Source: Octopus bimaculoides (taxonomy: Eukaryota). From it: a stretch of DNA of 58,364 nucleotides. The stretch is taken from NCBI RefSeq assembly GCF_001194135.2, contig NC_068998.1, forward strand, positions 39,439,225 to 39,497,588, in the 5' to 3' direction. Made by a program: the position numbers and the translations under genes. Shown here one piece after another: positions 13,400-26,805 of the stretch (positions are counted from its first letter, which is position 1; each line of letters begins with the position of its first letter). The notes under the pieces were generated by a model. It ran no database searches and was not told where the DNA came from. It saw only the letters and a list, made by a program, of their open reading frames with translations.

Positions 13400-13930
13400 G
13401 ATTTCAACGTATGAGTGTTTGAAGGAAAGGATTAGAAGAAAAAAAATGCATGTGCGTTCTTGATATACTTTTTCTGTTTCCTTGGTTGAATAACACACAC
13501 ACATACATATAAATATACACATATACATACATATAAATATACACACATATACATACATATATATAATGAGAAACAGAGAGAAAGAAAGCTAGATTGCACG
13601 TATAGATTGTTACTCTCTCTCTCTTTCTCTGTAGCTATCACTCATTCTCTCTCGCTGACTCCCACTCAGTGTGTCTTCCAACCCACTTTACATAGCACCG
13701 ACATGATATCACTTCCGCTGGTCTACTTTGCCAAAACTCTACTTGGCCAGTTTAACGAAACTTTCCCCCTCTTCTTTCATTCCGATAGTGAAGAACTTCG
13801 TAACTTGCTGTCAGCATAACTTACTTTTGTAGTGCGAAGTGTCAATGTTCGTTTATATTTTCTACCTACGTACTACACACCTAACGGGCGCTTCAATGTC
13901 TAATATAACACATACACGCATTTATAAATG

Positions 13931-13966
<36 letters not shown>

Positions 13967-14100
13967 GAGTATATAAAGATAGTTTTTATACGGTGAAAGC
14001 ATCCGATGTAGAACTCAAGACGTTGATAGAGTGAATAGACATATCCTCTACCGTGAACAGTCAGCCAAAAGCAAAACACAGAATAGGCTGTCTATTTTGT
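9550..14100 (-). promoter_or_regulatory. Putative promoter/alternative first-exon domain of an unidentified minus-strand gene
   Basis: Visibly more CpG and almost no SINEs versus flanks. Minus-strand donors AAA|GTAAGT (exon end 13825), TCC|GTAAGT (12738) and GAG|GTAAAT (9764) have no obvious upstream acceptors. E2F-like TTTGGCGGGAA at 12543-12553. Confidence 0.45.
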
Positions 14101-14714
14101 ATGTATGTATGTGTGTGTATCATCATTTAACGTCCTCTTTCCAAGCTGGCATGGGCTGAACAGTTTAGACTCGATGAGTCCATCTTGGACCTATGCCTGC
14201 TTTTGCATTATTTCTACAGATGGATGTCCTTCCTAACGCCAATTACCTTGCAGACTGTACCTTGAGATCGTCATGCAATTTGCAAGATTACTTACCCTGA
14301 GAGGAGTGGGGTCGGTTTTACGCTAGGGGTTGAGAGAAGTGGGTGCACATATATATCTAGTATGTATTTAGATGGTTGTTTGTTATGGCTGGTCAGAGAC
14401 TGACGGCTGGTTTTGCACTTAGCTATATAGGCAATCCATCAGATTCAACTGGCTGCACGGATTATAATCCAAACTGTATCCTCTGGAAGCATATCTGCTT
14501 ATTTCAGGACTACAAAATTGTATTCTTTTACTTGTTTCAGTCATTTGACTGTGGCCCCTTAAAGGGTTTAAGTCAAAGTAATTGAACCCAAGACTTAGTC
14601 TTTGTAAGCCTAGTACTTATTCTATCAGTCTATTTTGCCAAACTGCTAAGTTACAGAGGCATACACACATCAGCATTGGTTGTCAAGCAGTGGCTGGGGG
14701 ACAGACACACACAC

Positions 14715-14745
<31 letters not shown>

Positions 14746-14837
14746 ATCATAAATATATAGGGATTGACAGTAACCTGCTTCTCCAACATACTGAGAATTC
14801 AGAAATAGCAGTCAAAGAACTACTGATTTCAAAACTA

Positions 14838-14969
14838 CAAATTATTACTCCAGATTGATAGCGATATTTTTGATACACACAGAACAAAAAACAGTAGAGA
14901 AGAGTTTACAAATTATTACTCCAGATTGATAGCGATATTTTTGATACACACAGAACAAAAAACAGTAGA
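14838..14969 (+). repeat. 71-bp tandem duplication running into an N-gap
   Basis: CAAATTATTACTCCAGATTGATAGCG...ACAGTAGA at 14838 and again at 14909. Confidence 0.9.
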
Positions 14970-15849
14970 NNNNNNNNNNNNNNNNNNNNNNNNNNNNNNN
15001 NNNNNNNNNNNNNNNNNNNNNNNNNNNNNNNNNNNNNNNNNNNNNNNNNNNNNNNNNNNNNNNNNNNNNNNNNNNNNNNNNNNNNNNNNNNNNNNNNNNN
15101 NNNNNNNNNNNNNNNNNNNNNNNNNNNNNNNNNNNNNNNNNNNNNNNNNNNNNNNNNNNNNNNNNNNNNNNNNNNNNNNNNNNNNNNNNNNNNNNNNNNN
15201 NNNNNATATATATACGATGGGCTTCAGATTCCATCTACCAAATCCACTCACAAGGCTTTGGTTGGCCTGAGACTATAGTAGAAGACACTTGCTCGAGGTG
15301 TCATGCAGTGGGACTGAACCCAGAACTATGTGGTTGGGAAGCAAGCTTCTTACCACACAACCACGTTGCACCTAAAATGTAGATGCTGGGAAAAATAATA
15401 TTTGGCGGGGTAATTTCATATCAAAACAGGAGATTGGGAAAAGTTCCTGGTATTTTTTATTCCCCAATGCTTGCATTTCATTTGCTAATAGGACTTACAG
15501 AATTCTCCACATGCAGTCACCCATCATTTGTGGGCTTATTAACATGTCCCATGCTTTCGCTGATTCTTTTCGGTCCATAATGTAGTTTCAAGAAGATAAA
15601 ACCTGCATAGCCTTAGTGGAACAGTCAGGATATGACATCTGGGGAGAGCAAAAGCTAAGTTGACTGGAGCAGCATAAAATGAACCATGCTGGTCAAACCT
15701 AGGAATTGAACCCACAACATTATAATCATGAGTCAAAAAGCCTAACCACTAGGCCATATATCTTCACACACACATAAATTTACCTATTATTATGGTTGAT
15801 GATTAGGGGCTTCAGATACAACCCATGCTCATAACACACTGTGGTATCT

Positions 15850-16480
15850 TACTGCAGCTGTGCATTCTACCAAGGTTCTCTCACCCAGCCCTTGGTGGCA
15901 TCGTTCCATCATCATCTTTACTGTCATTATCCACATCCGCTCAATCCCCTCCCCTAAGATGTGGGGACAAAGTCCTAGGCCCTAAAAGTGTGGCCAAAAT
16001 ATTGTAAGTTTCATTGTCTGACAATCATCACCAACTTTTGTTCCATTTCCATCTCCTTCAGGACTGAATCATTCATTTTAAGGGATACCTAGCTGATCTA
16101 CAGTACTTACTTGACAAATACCTTTAGTTACTCAGTATCAGACATATTTAAGGTCAAAACTTCAAACCCATACAATGCTATAAGCAAAGCAAGGCTTTTT
16201 AGAATTTCAATCAGATGCCTTTGCTGAGAGCATTGTTTTTCTATACTGTAATTAGTAACCTCAACGTTGTTGTTTCTGCATCAAGTCTTGCTTTGATTCC
16301 TAGCAGCAGTCTGCTATTAGGTAAAAAACATGGAGCCCAGATACTTGAACTCATCAACTTGGGTTAGCTTGACCCCTACAGAGCAAGATGGAGTTATCTC
16401 CCTTTGACTGGTTCCAGTTGTGTCCAAAGGTGATTGGCACCTACACGCTTTTCATTTGCTTGTCGCATGTGGGGAATTCC
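15850..16480 (-). mobile_element. Degraded RTE-like LINE fragment
   Basis: Reverse strand reads VKLTQVDEFKYLGSM and LQYFGH, both RTE RT-downstream motifs, with frameshifts. Confidence 0.7.
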
Positions 16481-16837
16481 ATGTTTTCAACTAGAATTTC
16501 CTCTGATGACACCGACTAAACACTTCACATTTGGAGTTTAAGAAGGCCCCCAGGTCAAGTGAACTTTTCAAGATCTTTGCTCTCTCAGCCAAGCAATTTC
16601 AAAGCCTAGAATTTTGTTTCAGAGATTTTTTTTCCCTACCCTGACTGACCAATACTATTTTCTTATCCCCAGTTATAGAGAGGTTTTGTGATTCATCCAA
16701 TGAGTCTGATGGAGCAAAATCAATGGTAACTCGACCGGTCATGACCAACAAATACAAATATACTGACTATTACTACTCTACAGTTTTAGTTATGTGCTTC
16801 TTTTCAGACATATTAACTACCGATTGATATATATATA

Positions 16838-17443
16838 TCATCATCATCATCGTTTAACGTCCGCTTTCCATGCTAGCATGGGTTGGACGATTTGACTGAG
16901 GACTGGTGAAAACCGGATGGCAACACCAGGCTCCAGTCTGATTTGGCAGAGTTTCTACAGCTGGATGCCCTTCCTAACGCCAACCACTCAGAGAGTGTAG
17001 TGGGTGCTTTTACGTGTCACCCGCACGAAAACGGCCACGCTCGAAATGGTGTCTTTTATGTGCCNNNNNNNNNNNNNNNNNNNNNNNNNNNNNNNNNNNN
17101 NNNNNNNNNNNNNNCCAGTCCAGGGGCACTGGCAACGATCTTACTTGGCTTGCCGGGTCTTCTCACGCACAGCACATTTCCAAAGGTCTCGGTCAGTAGT
17201 CATCGCCTCGGTGAGGCCCAATGTACGAAGGTCTTGCCTCACCACCTCAGCCCAGGTCTTCCTGGGCCTACCTCTTCCACGGGTTCCCTCAACTGTTAGG
17301 GTGTGGCACTTTTTCACGCAGCTATCCTCCTCCATTCTCACCACATGTCCATACCAGCGCAATCGTCTCTCTTGCACGCCACAACTGATGCTTCTAATGT
17401 TCAGCTTTTCTCTCAAGATACTTACACTCTGACGGGTATTCAC
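16838..17443 (-). mobile_element. Young RTE-clade LINE 3' fragment (ORF C-terminus, 3' UTR, (GAT)n tail)
   Basis: ORF ...RLRWYGHVVRMEEDSCVKKC...GTRGRGRPRKTWAEVVRQDL...DRDLW is typical of the RTE C-terminus. Stop at 17141, then UTR ending GGACGTTAAACGATGATG. Confidence 0.92.
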
Positions 17444-17727
17444 ATTATATACATATATATATATATATGCACACATAAACACACACACACATACAGATGG
17501 ATGTTTACCCTTGTCCTTTTATGAGCACAATAATTGTAAACCAAAGTCGCCAACTTGCAGATAGTGTCATTTGTATGCAATCTTCCATGAAAGCATGTCT
17601 GGCTATTGAAGTGATTGTTGTTTGAAGGATTAAGTGAAATATTACCTTACTTGGAAATAAGTGAGGGCTGGTTACTGGAAGAGATATGTCTAGAAAATAA
17701 TCTGCTTCAACAAATTTTGTCCTATCA

Positions 17728-17792
<65 letters not shown>

Positions 17793-18376
17793 NNNNNNNN
17801 NNNNNNNNNNNNNNNNNNNNNNNNNNNNNNNNNNNNNNNNNNNNNNNNNNNNNNNNNNNNNNNNNNNNNNNNNNNNNNNNNNNNNNNNNNNNNNNNNNNN
17901 NNNNNNNNNNNNNNNNNNNNNNNNNNNNNNNNNNNNNNNNNNNNNNNNNNNNNNNNNNNNNNNNNNNNNNNNNNNNNNNNNNNNNNNNNNNNNNNNNNNN
18001 NNNNNNNNNNNNNNNNNNNNNNNNNNNNNNNNNNNNNNNNNNNNNNNNNNNNNNNNNNNNNNNNNNNNNNNNNNNNNNNNNNNNNNNNNNNNNNNNNNNN
18101 NNNNNNNNNNNNNNNNNNNNNNNNNNNNNNNNNNNNNNNNNNNNNNNNNNNNNNNNNNNNNNNNNNNNNNNNNNNNNNNNNNNNNNNNNNNNNNNNNNNN
18201 NNNNNNNNNNNNNNTTGGGAAGTACAAACACTTCCTGTATTGCATTGCATCATAATATTTTGTTTTGTTATGGGCTTGTGCTTGAGTCTTTTGTGCTATT
18301 AGTGTGTGTGTGTGTGTGTGTGTATTGTGAGTTGTGTGCTTCAGTTGGGTAGTGACATTAATAACAATAATAATAA

Positions 18377-18905
18377 AGAAACTGCTCTCAATCTTAAAGG
18401 AGGCATATAAATACAGACAAGAGCTTAACCTCCCTGATTATGATGATGATAAGGAGGACACATCACCCACAGAAGAATTTAAATTTATCCTAGTATCACA
18501 TGATCAGAGTCCCCCATTTGGAACTATCAAGCTAATGTCACACACAATGAGGTTGACACAAAGTGTAGACTCTGCAATGACAAAACAGGAGAGTATTGAC
18601 CACATTGTTGCCATCTGCTCAGTCCTTGCCCCTATAGAATATAAAACCAGGCATGATTGAGTTGGCTAATACTTCCACTGGAGCATATGCTGTCACTATA
18701 ATATCCTGCATCCTAAGAACTAGTATGAACACCATCCAGAGCCAGTCACTGAGGGAGAGAATGTTACCATCTTATGGGATTATGGGATACATACAGACTG
18801 GCCAATAAATGCTAGCAGACCAGGCACCGTCATCAAAGACCTAAGACAAAAAAATATCCCTGTTAATTGATATAACAGTGCCTACTGATAGAAACATCTC
18901 AACAA
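18377..18905 (+). mobile_element. R4/Dong-clade fragment, more decayed
   Basis: ESIDHIVAICSVLAPIEYKTRHD, then YEHHPEPVTEGENVTILWD, homologous to 19700-20730. Confidence 0.85.
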
Positions 18906-19699
18906 GGAATTTTTAAAAAATGTTCAACTGGTACTTATTTTATCAACCCTGAAAGGATGAAAGGTAAAGTCAGCCTTGGAAGCATTTGAAAGCAGAGCAT
19001 AAACACAGATGAAATGTCGCTAAGCATTTTTATCCAGTGTGGGAACGATTCTGCCAGCTTGCTGCCTTATAAACATAAAGACTGACAAAATGCTGCTAAG
19101 CATTTTGCCAGGTGTGCTAACAATTCTGTCAGCTTGCCATGATAATAGTAATAATTGCCATTAACATTACAAAATGGAAATATTGTGATTTGATGTAAAA
19201 AAATATATATATGCACATCTATATACACAAATAATTAAATTTATATTTACAGTATATATATATATGAGAAAGAATAGAAGAGACAGCAGTGTGTGCATAT
19301 TTGAAAATAAATAAATATACACATATATATATTTTTTAAACACACATGGAGAAAAAGTGACAGAAAAAGTAAAATAAAATTACTGTGGAGAGTGCAGTTT
19401 CCAACCCCAATCAGCAACTTTAACTTTATTCTTTCTGTTGCTAAATCATGCTGTCACAGACCATCACTAGTTTCCTTGAACACTGTTTTATATATATATA
19501 TATATAAACCTTACAATATGATCATAAATCTTCATAAGTATCTGAATGCATCATGTAATTATATAAGTGATCAAAATCTAGGACAGGCTCACAAATAAAT
19601 ATTAATAATTTCATAAATTATATCTAGCTACAATTCTCATTAACACCACTACCACCACAACCAGCAACAATAGTGCTGATGATAATAATAATAATAATA

Positions 19700-20730
19700 A
19701 TGATGTTAACCATGAAGTAGATGAAGAACCTGAACCTACTCCTACCAAACAAGGAAAACAAATCAAGTAGACTGATAAAAAGAACAGGCACAAACAAATT
19801 GAGGAGTGGTGAAGCCAGAAGTCCCTGCATGGACAACATATATGAAGTTAAAATGCTGATGTAGACCAAACAATGATCCATCGGTGGCTGAGGGGTTCAA
19901 GATTGAAAGCAGAGACTGAAGGCTTCATACTGGCAGCACAAGATCAAAGCTTGTTTACCAAAAATTACCAGGCTAACATTCTTCAAAATGGTGCTGACCC
20001 AAAATGCATATTCTGCAATACATTTGACAAAAAAATAGACCATCTCATTTTGGGATGTCCTCTGCTAACATCAAATGAATACAAAATTCACTACAATAGG
20101 GTAGGACAGTGTTTACATTGGAAAATATGTAAGCATTAGAAAATCAACACTCCTGCTGACTGGTATGAACACCATCCTGAATCTGTTGTTGGAAGTAAAA
20201 ATGTCATCACCTACTGGGATTTTCCAGTCAACACAGACAGAACACTCCAGGCTAATTAACCAGACATAATTATTAAAGACAGAGAAGAAAACACTTGTAG
20301 ACTGATAGATGTAAGTGCTCCCACTGATAAAGACATATCTGTAAAGGAATTCGACAAGCTTAGTAAATATAACGACCTGGAAATTGAAATACAAAAAAAT
20401 GTGGCATCTTAAAGCAAAAACTGTTCCTGTTATTGTAGGTCCCTTAGGAATGATAAAAAAGGGATGTCAGAAACATCTAGACAACATCCCAGGAGAGCCA
20501 TATCTCAAAGAAATCCAAAAGATTTTCTAACAAGTACTGCCTACATCCTTAGAAAAACCCTATCAATTTAAATGTTTGTTTTGTATTATATGAATGTATT
20601 TCTGTACTACCCTCCATCAATTCCACCCCTCACCCAAGCTTTCAGTTATATTTCAATATCTTTTAACCTTCACTTGCCCTAGGATGCTGGGTGTGTCCCT
20701 GCAAGTGATTGCATCAAACATGCAATTTAG
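19700..20730 (+). mobile_element. R4/Dong-clade (RLE) non-LTR retrotransposon 3' fragment, decayed
   Basis: LKAETEGFILAAQDQSL, CCHC knuckle CIFC-x8-H-x4-C, PDIIIKD...LID and KLSKY restriction-like endonuclease motifs. Stops and frameshifts present. (AAT)n on both flanks. Confidence 0.9.
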
Positions 20731-21183
20731 AATAATAATAATAATAATCCTTTCTTTTATAGGCACAAGGTTCGAAATTTGAGGGGATGGGGGTAGTCAA
20801 CACCATTGTATAACTGGTACTTATTTCATCAGCCCCAAAAGGAGGAAAGGCAAAGCTGACCTTGGTGGAATTTGAACTCAGAATGTAAAGATGACTGAAA
20901 TGCTGCTAAGCATTTTGCCTGGTGTGCTAATGATTCTGCCAGCTCGCCACCTTAATAATAACAATAATAATTCTTTCCACTAAAGGTACGAGGCCTGAAA
21001 TTTGGCAAGAGAGAACTAGCTGATTACATCAACCCCAGTGGTTCACTGTCACTTAATTTATCAACCCCGAAAGGATGAAAAGCAAAGTTGGCCACAGCAG
21101 AACTTGAACTCAGAATGTAAGGGCAGATGGAAAGTCGCTAAGCATTGTGCCTGGCATGCTAATGATTCTGCCAGCTCACTGCC

Positions 21184-21310
<127 letters not shown>

Positions 21311-21643
21311 ACAATAAAAAACCCTGTATTATCATATTTTTCATAGACACATGTCTGATGGTATATTTCACAAAATTCAATTACAGACAAATANNNNNNN
21401 NNNNNNNNNNNNNNNNNNNNNNNNNNNNNNNNNNNNNNNNNNNNNNNNNNNNNNNNNNNNNNNNNNNNNNNNNNNNNNNNNNNNNNNNNNNNNNNNNNNN
21501 NNNNNNNNNNNNNNNNNNNNNNNNNNNNNNNNNNNNNNNNNNNNNNNNNNNNNNNNNNNNNNNNNNNNNNNNNNNNNNNNNNNNNNNNNNNNNNNNNNNN
21601 NNNNNNNNNNNNNNNNNNNNNNNNNNNNNNNNNNNNNNNNNNN

Positions 21644-21661
21644 CCAGTAGGTCAGAATTAC
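21644..21661 (-). CDS. NEK10: Probable next NEK10 exon, truncated by N-gap (G-NSDLL...)
   Basis: Strong pyrimidine tract (TTCTCCCTCTTTTTTGTTATTTTTCAAG), then an open phase-1 frame for 18 nt before the gap. Confidence 0.55.
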
Positions 21662-23057
21662 CTTGAAAAATAACAAAAAAGAGGGAGAATAAAAACAAAC
21701 AAAAAGAAAACAATTGTAAAAACATATATAAAGATATATAATAATAATAAATGCGTCCTTTTAAAGCCTAGCCAGGCTCATGGGCCCGGTTTCCCGGTTT
21801 CAATGATGTATGTGTTCCCCAGCTGGACGGGACGCCAGTCCATCGCAGCATTACTCATTTTTGCCAGCTGAGTGGACTGGAGCAATGTGAAATGAAGTGT
21901 TTTGCTTAAGAACACAACGCGTCGCTTGGTCCAGGAATTGAAACCACAATCTTATGATCATGTGCTGACACCCTAACCACTAGGCCACATGCCTCCACAT
22001 ATATAAAGAGAGATACAATTATAATAGATGTAGGCATAGCTTTATGGTTAAGAAGCTTGCTCCTCAGTCACATGGGTTACTGCATGACACCATGGGAAAG
22101 TGTATGGCTTAGTGGTTAGGGGTACTTGGTTCACAATGGTGAGGTCATCAGTTCGATACCTGGCAATCTGTTGTGTCCTTGAACAAGACACTATTTTATG
22201 TTGCTCCAGTCCACTCAGCTGGCAAAAATGAGTTGTACCTTTATTTCAAAGGGCCAGCCTTGTCACATTCTGTGTCATGTTGAATCTTCTTGAGAACTAT
22301 GTTAAGGGTACATGTGTCTGTGGACTACTCAGCCACTTGCAATTTCACAAGAAGGCTGTTCCGTTGATCAGATCAACTGGAACCTTTGTCATTGTGACTG
22401 ACGGTGTGCTAATCAGTTATGGCACTATGAGCAAATGTCTTCTAGTATAGCTCTGGGCTGGTCAAAGCCTTGTGAATAGATTTGATAGATGGAAACTGTA
22501 TGGAAGCCTGCCATATATGTGTGTGTGTGTATGTGTGCACTTATATCTTGCCATAACATGTTGGCTGTAAATGAGTGCTATCATATATAGATGACATTTT
22601 GGCACAAGGCCAGCAATTTCAGGGGAGGGGAAAGTCAATTACATCAACCCCAGTGCTCAACTGGTACTTAATTTATTGACCCCGAAATGATGAAAGGCAA
22701 AGCTGATCTCAGTGGAATTTGAACATAGAACATAAAGACAGATGAAATGCTACTAAGCATTCTGCCCGGTGTACTAACATTTTTGCCAGCTTGCTGCCAA
22801 CTAAATATTGCATGATATTTTGTCTGATACCCTTATGATTCTGCCACTGCAGGGACACAATAGCAAAGCTTCAAGTTTGTGGTGTATTTGTAGAGGGTCT
22901 TAGTGTTGATAACAGATGCATTAATGTGGAAATAGTATTATTGATAATGGAAGTAGTATCAAGAGTAGTAGTAAGACTAGTATATAAAAAGTTGACGTAA
23001 TAGTTGTATATCAAAAGTAGTAATAGTAGCAGTATCAAAAGTAGTAGACGACTCAAA

Positions 23058-23095
<38 letters not shown>

Positions 23096-23276
23096 TGGTA
23101 GCAGCTGCAGCAGCAGAACCAAAAGATGTCGCAATAGGAGTGGTTGGTGTTAGGAAGGACATCCAGCCGTAGAAACCATGTCAAATCAGACTGGAGTCTG
23201 GTGCAGCCTTCCAGCGTGCCAGCCCTAGTCAAACCATCCAACCCATGCCAGTATGGACAACAGATGTTAAATGATG

Positions 23277-23314
<38 letters not shown>

Positions 23315-26300
23315 ATACAAACGTGTATGCATGAATATTGATATCTTACCTGACATGTTGTTTGGATCATTATCATCCATGTTAGCTGGTTCTAAAAGTG
23401 TTAAACAGCTGGGTCTTTGGAAGCCACTGTCACCGAGTCCATACGCCAGATCAATAACCTCTTGGGAACCAGTCAGTAGCTGGATATGGATAAACAGGAG
23501 AAACTTATTAAAAGAACAATATTCATGTGAATTAGTGATATATCGCAAACATACACATATATGTGTTTGTCATATCATCATTTTAAAAGACATTTTTTCA
23601 TGCTTGTATGATTAAGACAGAATTCATTGAAACTGGTTTTCTATGGCTGAATACCCTTGGTGCCAATACTGTGTAGTTAAGATTTTTGCTTCTCAATAAT
23701 GTGGTTTTGGAGTCAATCCCACTGCATGGCATCTTGGGCAGGGGTATTCTCCTATGGTACCAAATTGATTGAAGCCTTGTGTGTGGATTCAGAAGACAAA
23801 AACTGAAATATGCCAGTTGTGCGCACATGCACATATGTGTGCGTGTGTTTCTCTCATTGTCTTGATATCACATGCTAGTTACAAACAAGCATCACAGTCA
23901 TATAAGCAGTGTTCCTCATTTCCAGTTTTCCTTGAAAACGTGTCCAGCCATGGCGAAATATTACCTTGCTTGGAAACAGGTAAATGTTGGCAACAGGGAG
24001 GGCATCCAGCCATAGACAATCTACCTCAACAAATTCTTTCTGATCTGTGCAAGCATGGTAAAATAAGCATTAAACTGATGATTGTATGTAATAAGTTGTC
24101 CACACCTCATGTCACACATACTTAATATTGGTACTGGCCCTGGTGGAAACAAAGGTAAGGTTGATCCTATCAGAGTTCAAACATGGAACACAAACAGATG
24201 AAACTAAATGCTTCATTATGTTGTAATCAAAGAAGTTATATAAGCACAGTGTGGATATAGCATCTCTGCAGTGACATTTAAATGCCATATAACAAGAGAG
24301 TATGGTAGACAGTGAGCAATAAGTTTAGTTACTGTTACATATTTTAATGATTAAATTTACTATATTGTCAGAATAGATAGAAGGATAGAGAAATACAAAG
24401 ATAATGTCAACATACAGAAAGATAGATAGATAGACAAATAGATATATTAATAGAAAGATAGAAGGATAGATAGGTAGATATATTGATAGATGGACAGAAG
24501 GTTAGATTTTTGTTTTAATAATTCCAGAAAGGCTGTATGGTTAAGAACCTTGTTCCCACTGGGCAGCACCTTTGGCAAGCCTTGTGAATGGGGTTTCGAT
24601 GGAAACTGAAAGAAGCTAATCCTGTGTGTGTGTGTGTGTGTGTGTGCACGTGCATGTGTGTGTGCACGTGTATGTGTGTGTGCATGTGTGTGCCACTTCT
24701 GTTTTGACATTAAGTGATGGTTGTAAATGAACATCAGCATCAGACAAACAACGTTGTTTATTCTCAGTTTCTCATGAATAAAAATGTCGTCTCTGGTCGA
24801 GAGGAAAAATTATCTTGCTTGGAAACAGGGTTGGCAACATGAAGGACATCTGGCCATAAGATATCTAAGAAATTCTATCTGATCCAAGCAAGTATAGAAA
24901 GGTGGACATTAAATCAATGATGACGATGACCATGCTGAAACGATGGGATGGATAAATATCTATCTGTATTGTCAGAGTAGATAAATCCAAGGACACACAG
25001 TTGTATTATATTTCAAAGCATTTAAATAATTAGATACTTTAATCACACTGTCTGAGTATCACTCATATAAGAGAAACAATAACACTGTTTATGAAAGGGA
25101 GTTATTTAACCTTATTAAGCTCCTTCTTCAGACTATCAGATGTACTTTGTGGAGAAAAGAGAGCTCTTTTAAACTGTTCAATGATCCGACGCCTTCCATT
25201 TGGTTGTAGAGGTGGTGGAAGCTGAGAGGAGAAAAGAAACACCATTAAAGATGATTGTAGTTTAAGGACTAATTTAAAATCATGAATAATGTTATTTTTC
25301 TACGTTTATGGTTGTAATGTCATCGCTAAGCATTTGTTATGTCATGCATAATCGATATACACAGACCCAAGTAACTACACTTCATTAAACTGCACAGACA
25401 TACACTCAGGCACACAGAAGCACATCTTTATCTTTTATCTGTTTCAATCATTAAACTGTGGCCATGCTGGGGCACTGCCTTGAAGAATTTTTTAGTTGAA
25501 TGAATCAATAACAGTACTTACGTTTTTTTTAAAAGCCTGGTACTTATTCTATTGGTCTGTTTTACTGAACCACTAAGTTACAGTGATGTAAAACACACCA
25601 ACACTGGTTGTCAGGTGGTGATGGGGGGATAAACACAAAATTGCAGACGTGCATACACACACACGTACACGCACACACACACACACACATGTACACAGAC
25701 ACATACACGTACACACACACACACACACATGACAGGCTTCTTTCAGTTNNNNNNNNNNACATACACGTACACACACACACACACACATGACAGGCTTCTT
25801 TCAGTTTCTGTCTACCAAATCCACTCACAAGGCTTTGGTCAGCCTGAGGCTATAGTAGAAAACATTTGCCTAAAGTAGCACACTATGGGACTGAACCTAG
25901 AACCATGTGGTTGGGAAGCAAGTTTCTTATTTCTTTATTGCCCACAAGGAACTACACATAGAGGGGACAAACAAGGACAGACAAATGGATTAAGTCAATT
26001 ACATCGACCCCAGTGCGTAACTGGTACTTAATTTATCGACCCTGAAAGGATGAAAGGCAAAGTCGGCCTCGGTGGAATTTGAACTCAGATCGTAACGGAA
26101 GACAAAATACCGCTAAGCATTTCACCCAGTGTGCTAACGTTTCTGCCAGCTCGCAGAAGCTTCTTACCACACAGCTACATATCCATAATTACCTGTGTGA
26201 TGTAGATAATCTTGTGCAATGGATGTAACATCTGCAGTATTGGATCACTGATCTGCCGAACCCGAGATGGAGAAATTGTGACGGTTGCAGTTGAGGTTGA

Positions 26301-26771
26301 AACTGAGTAACTGTTAGCTGAAATATACAACAATGAACATGGACTATGGTTCAATTCTCAATCAATCCACAGAAAATAACATTTTCTTTAAAATACCAAT
26401 TTGAATTAAATAATAGGCATTATATTAAAAATTTCACTGAAAAATCTACCATATGTTAAAATATTTTTTAAGCTATTAAAAATAACCAAATTGTTAAAGA
26501 AATACAACAAAAAATTTCACTTACAAGGACGTTGTACTCGAAGATTGTTTGGGGAGGAACGAGAATAATTTTGGTTATTCCTGGAATCATCAAGTTTCAA
26601 AACACCGAAATGTCCATTCTCTGCAGATGAACAGGAAGTTGGAACTAATCCATTTGGGGAACAATAACCTGTGGTGGTGTCTGAAATATAAGGAGATTAC
26701 AATAAAAAAAAAGAAGAAAGAATGAGAGAGAAAGAGTGGGAGAGAGAGAGAGAGAGGGAGAGAGAGAGAAG

Positions 26772-26805
<34 letters not shown>

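Noticed and set aside
20731-20760. Family B (ATT)n tail variant as a Dong/R4-mobilised SINE
   Set aside because: The tail does not resemble the visible Dong 3' UTRs, and its repeat is on the opposite strand sense.
25690-25805. Tandem duplications flanking the 10-N gaps at 25749 and 45305
   Set aside because: Duplicated sequence on both sides of a minimal gap is the signature of unmerged contig overlap.
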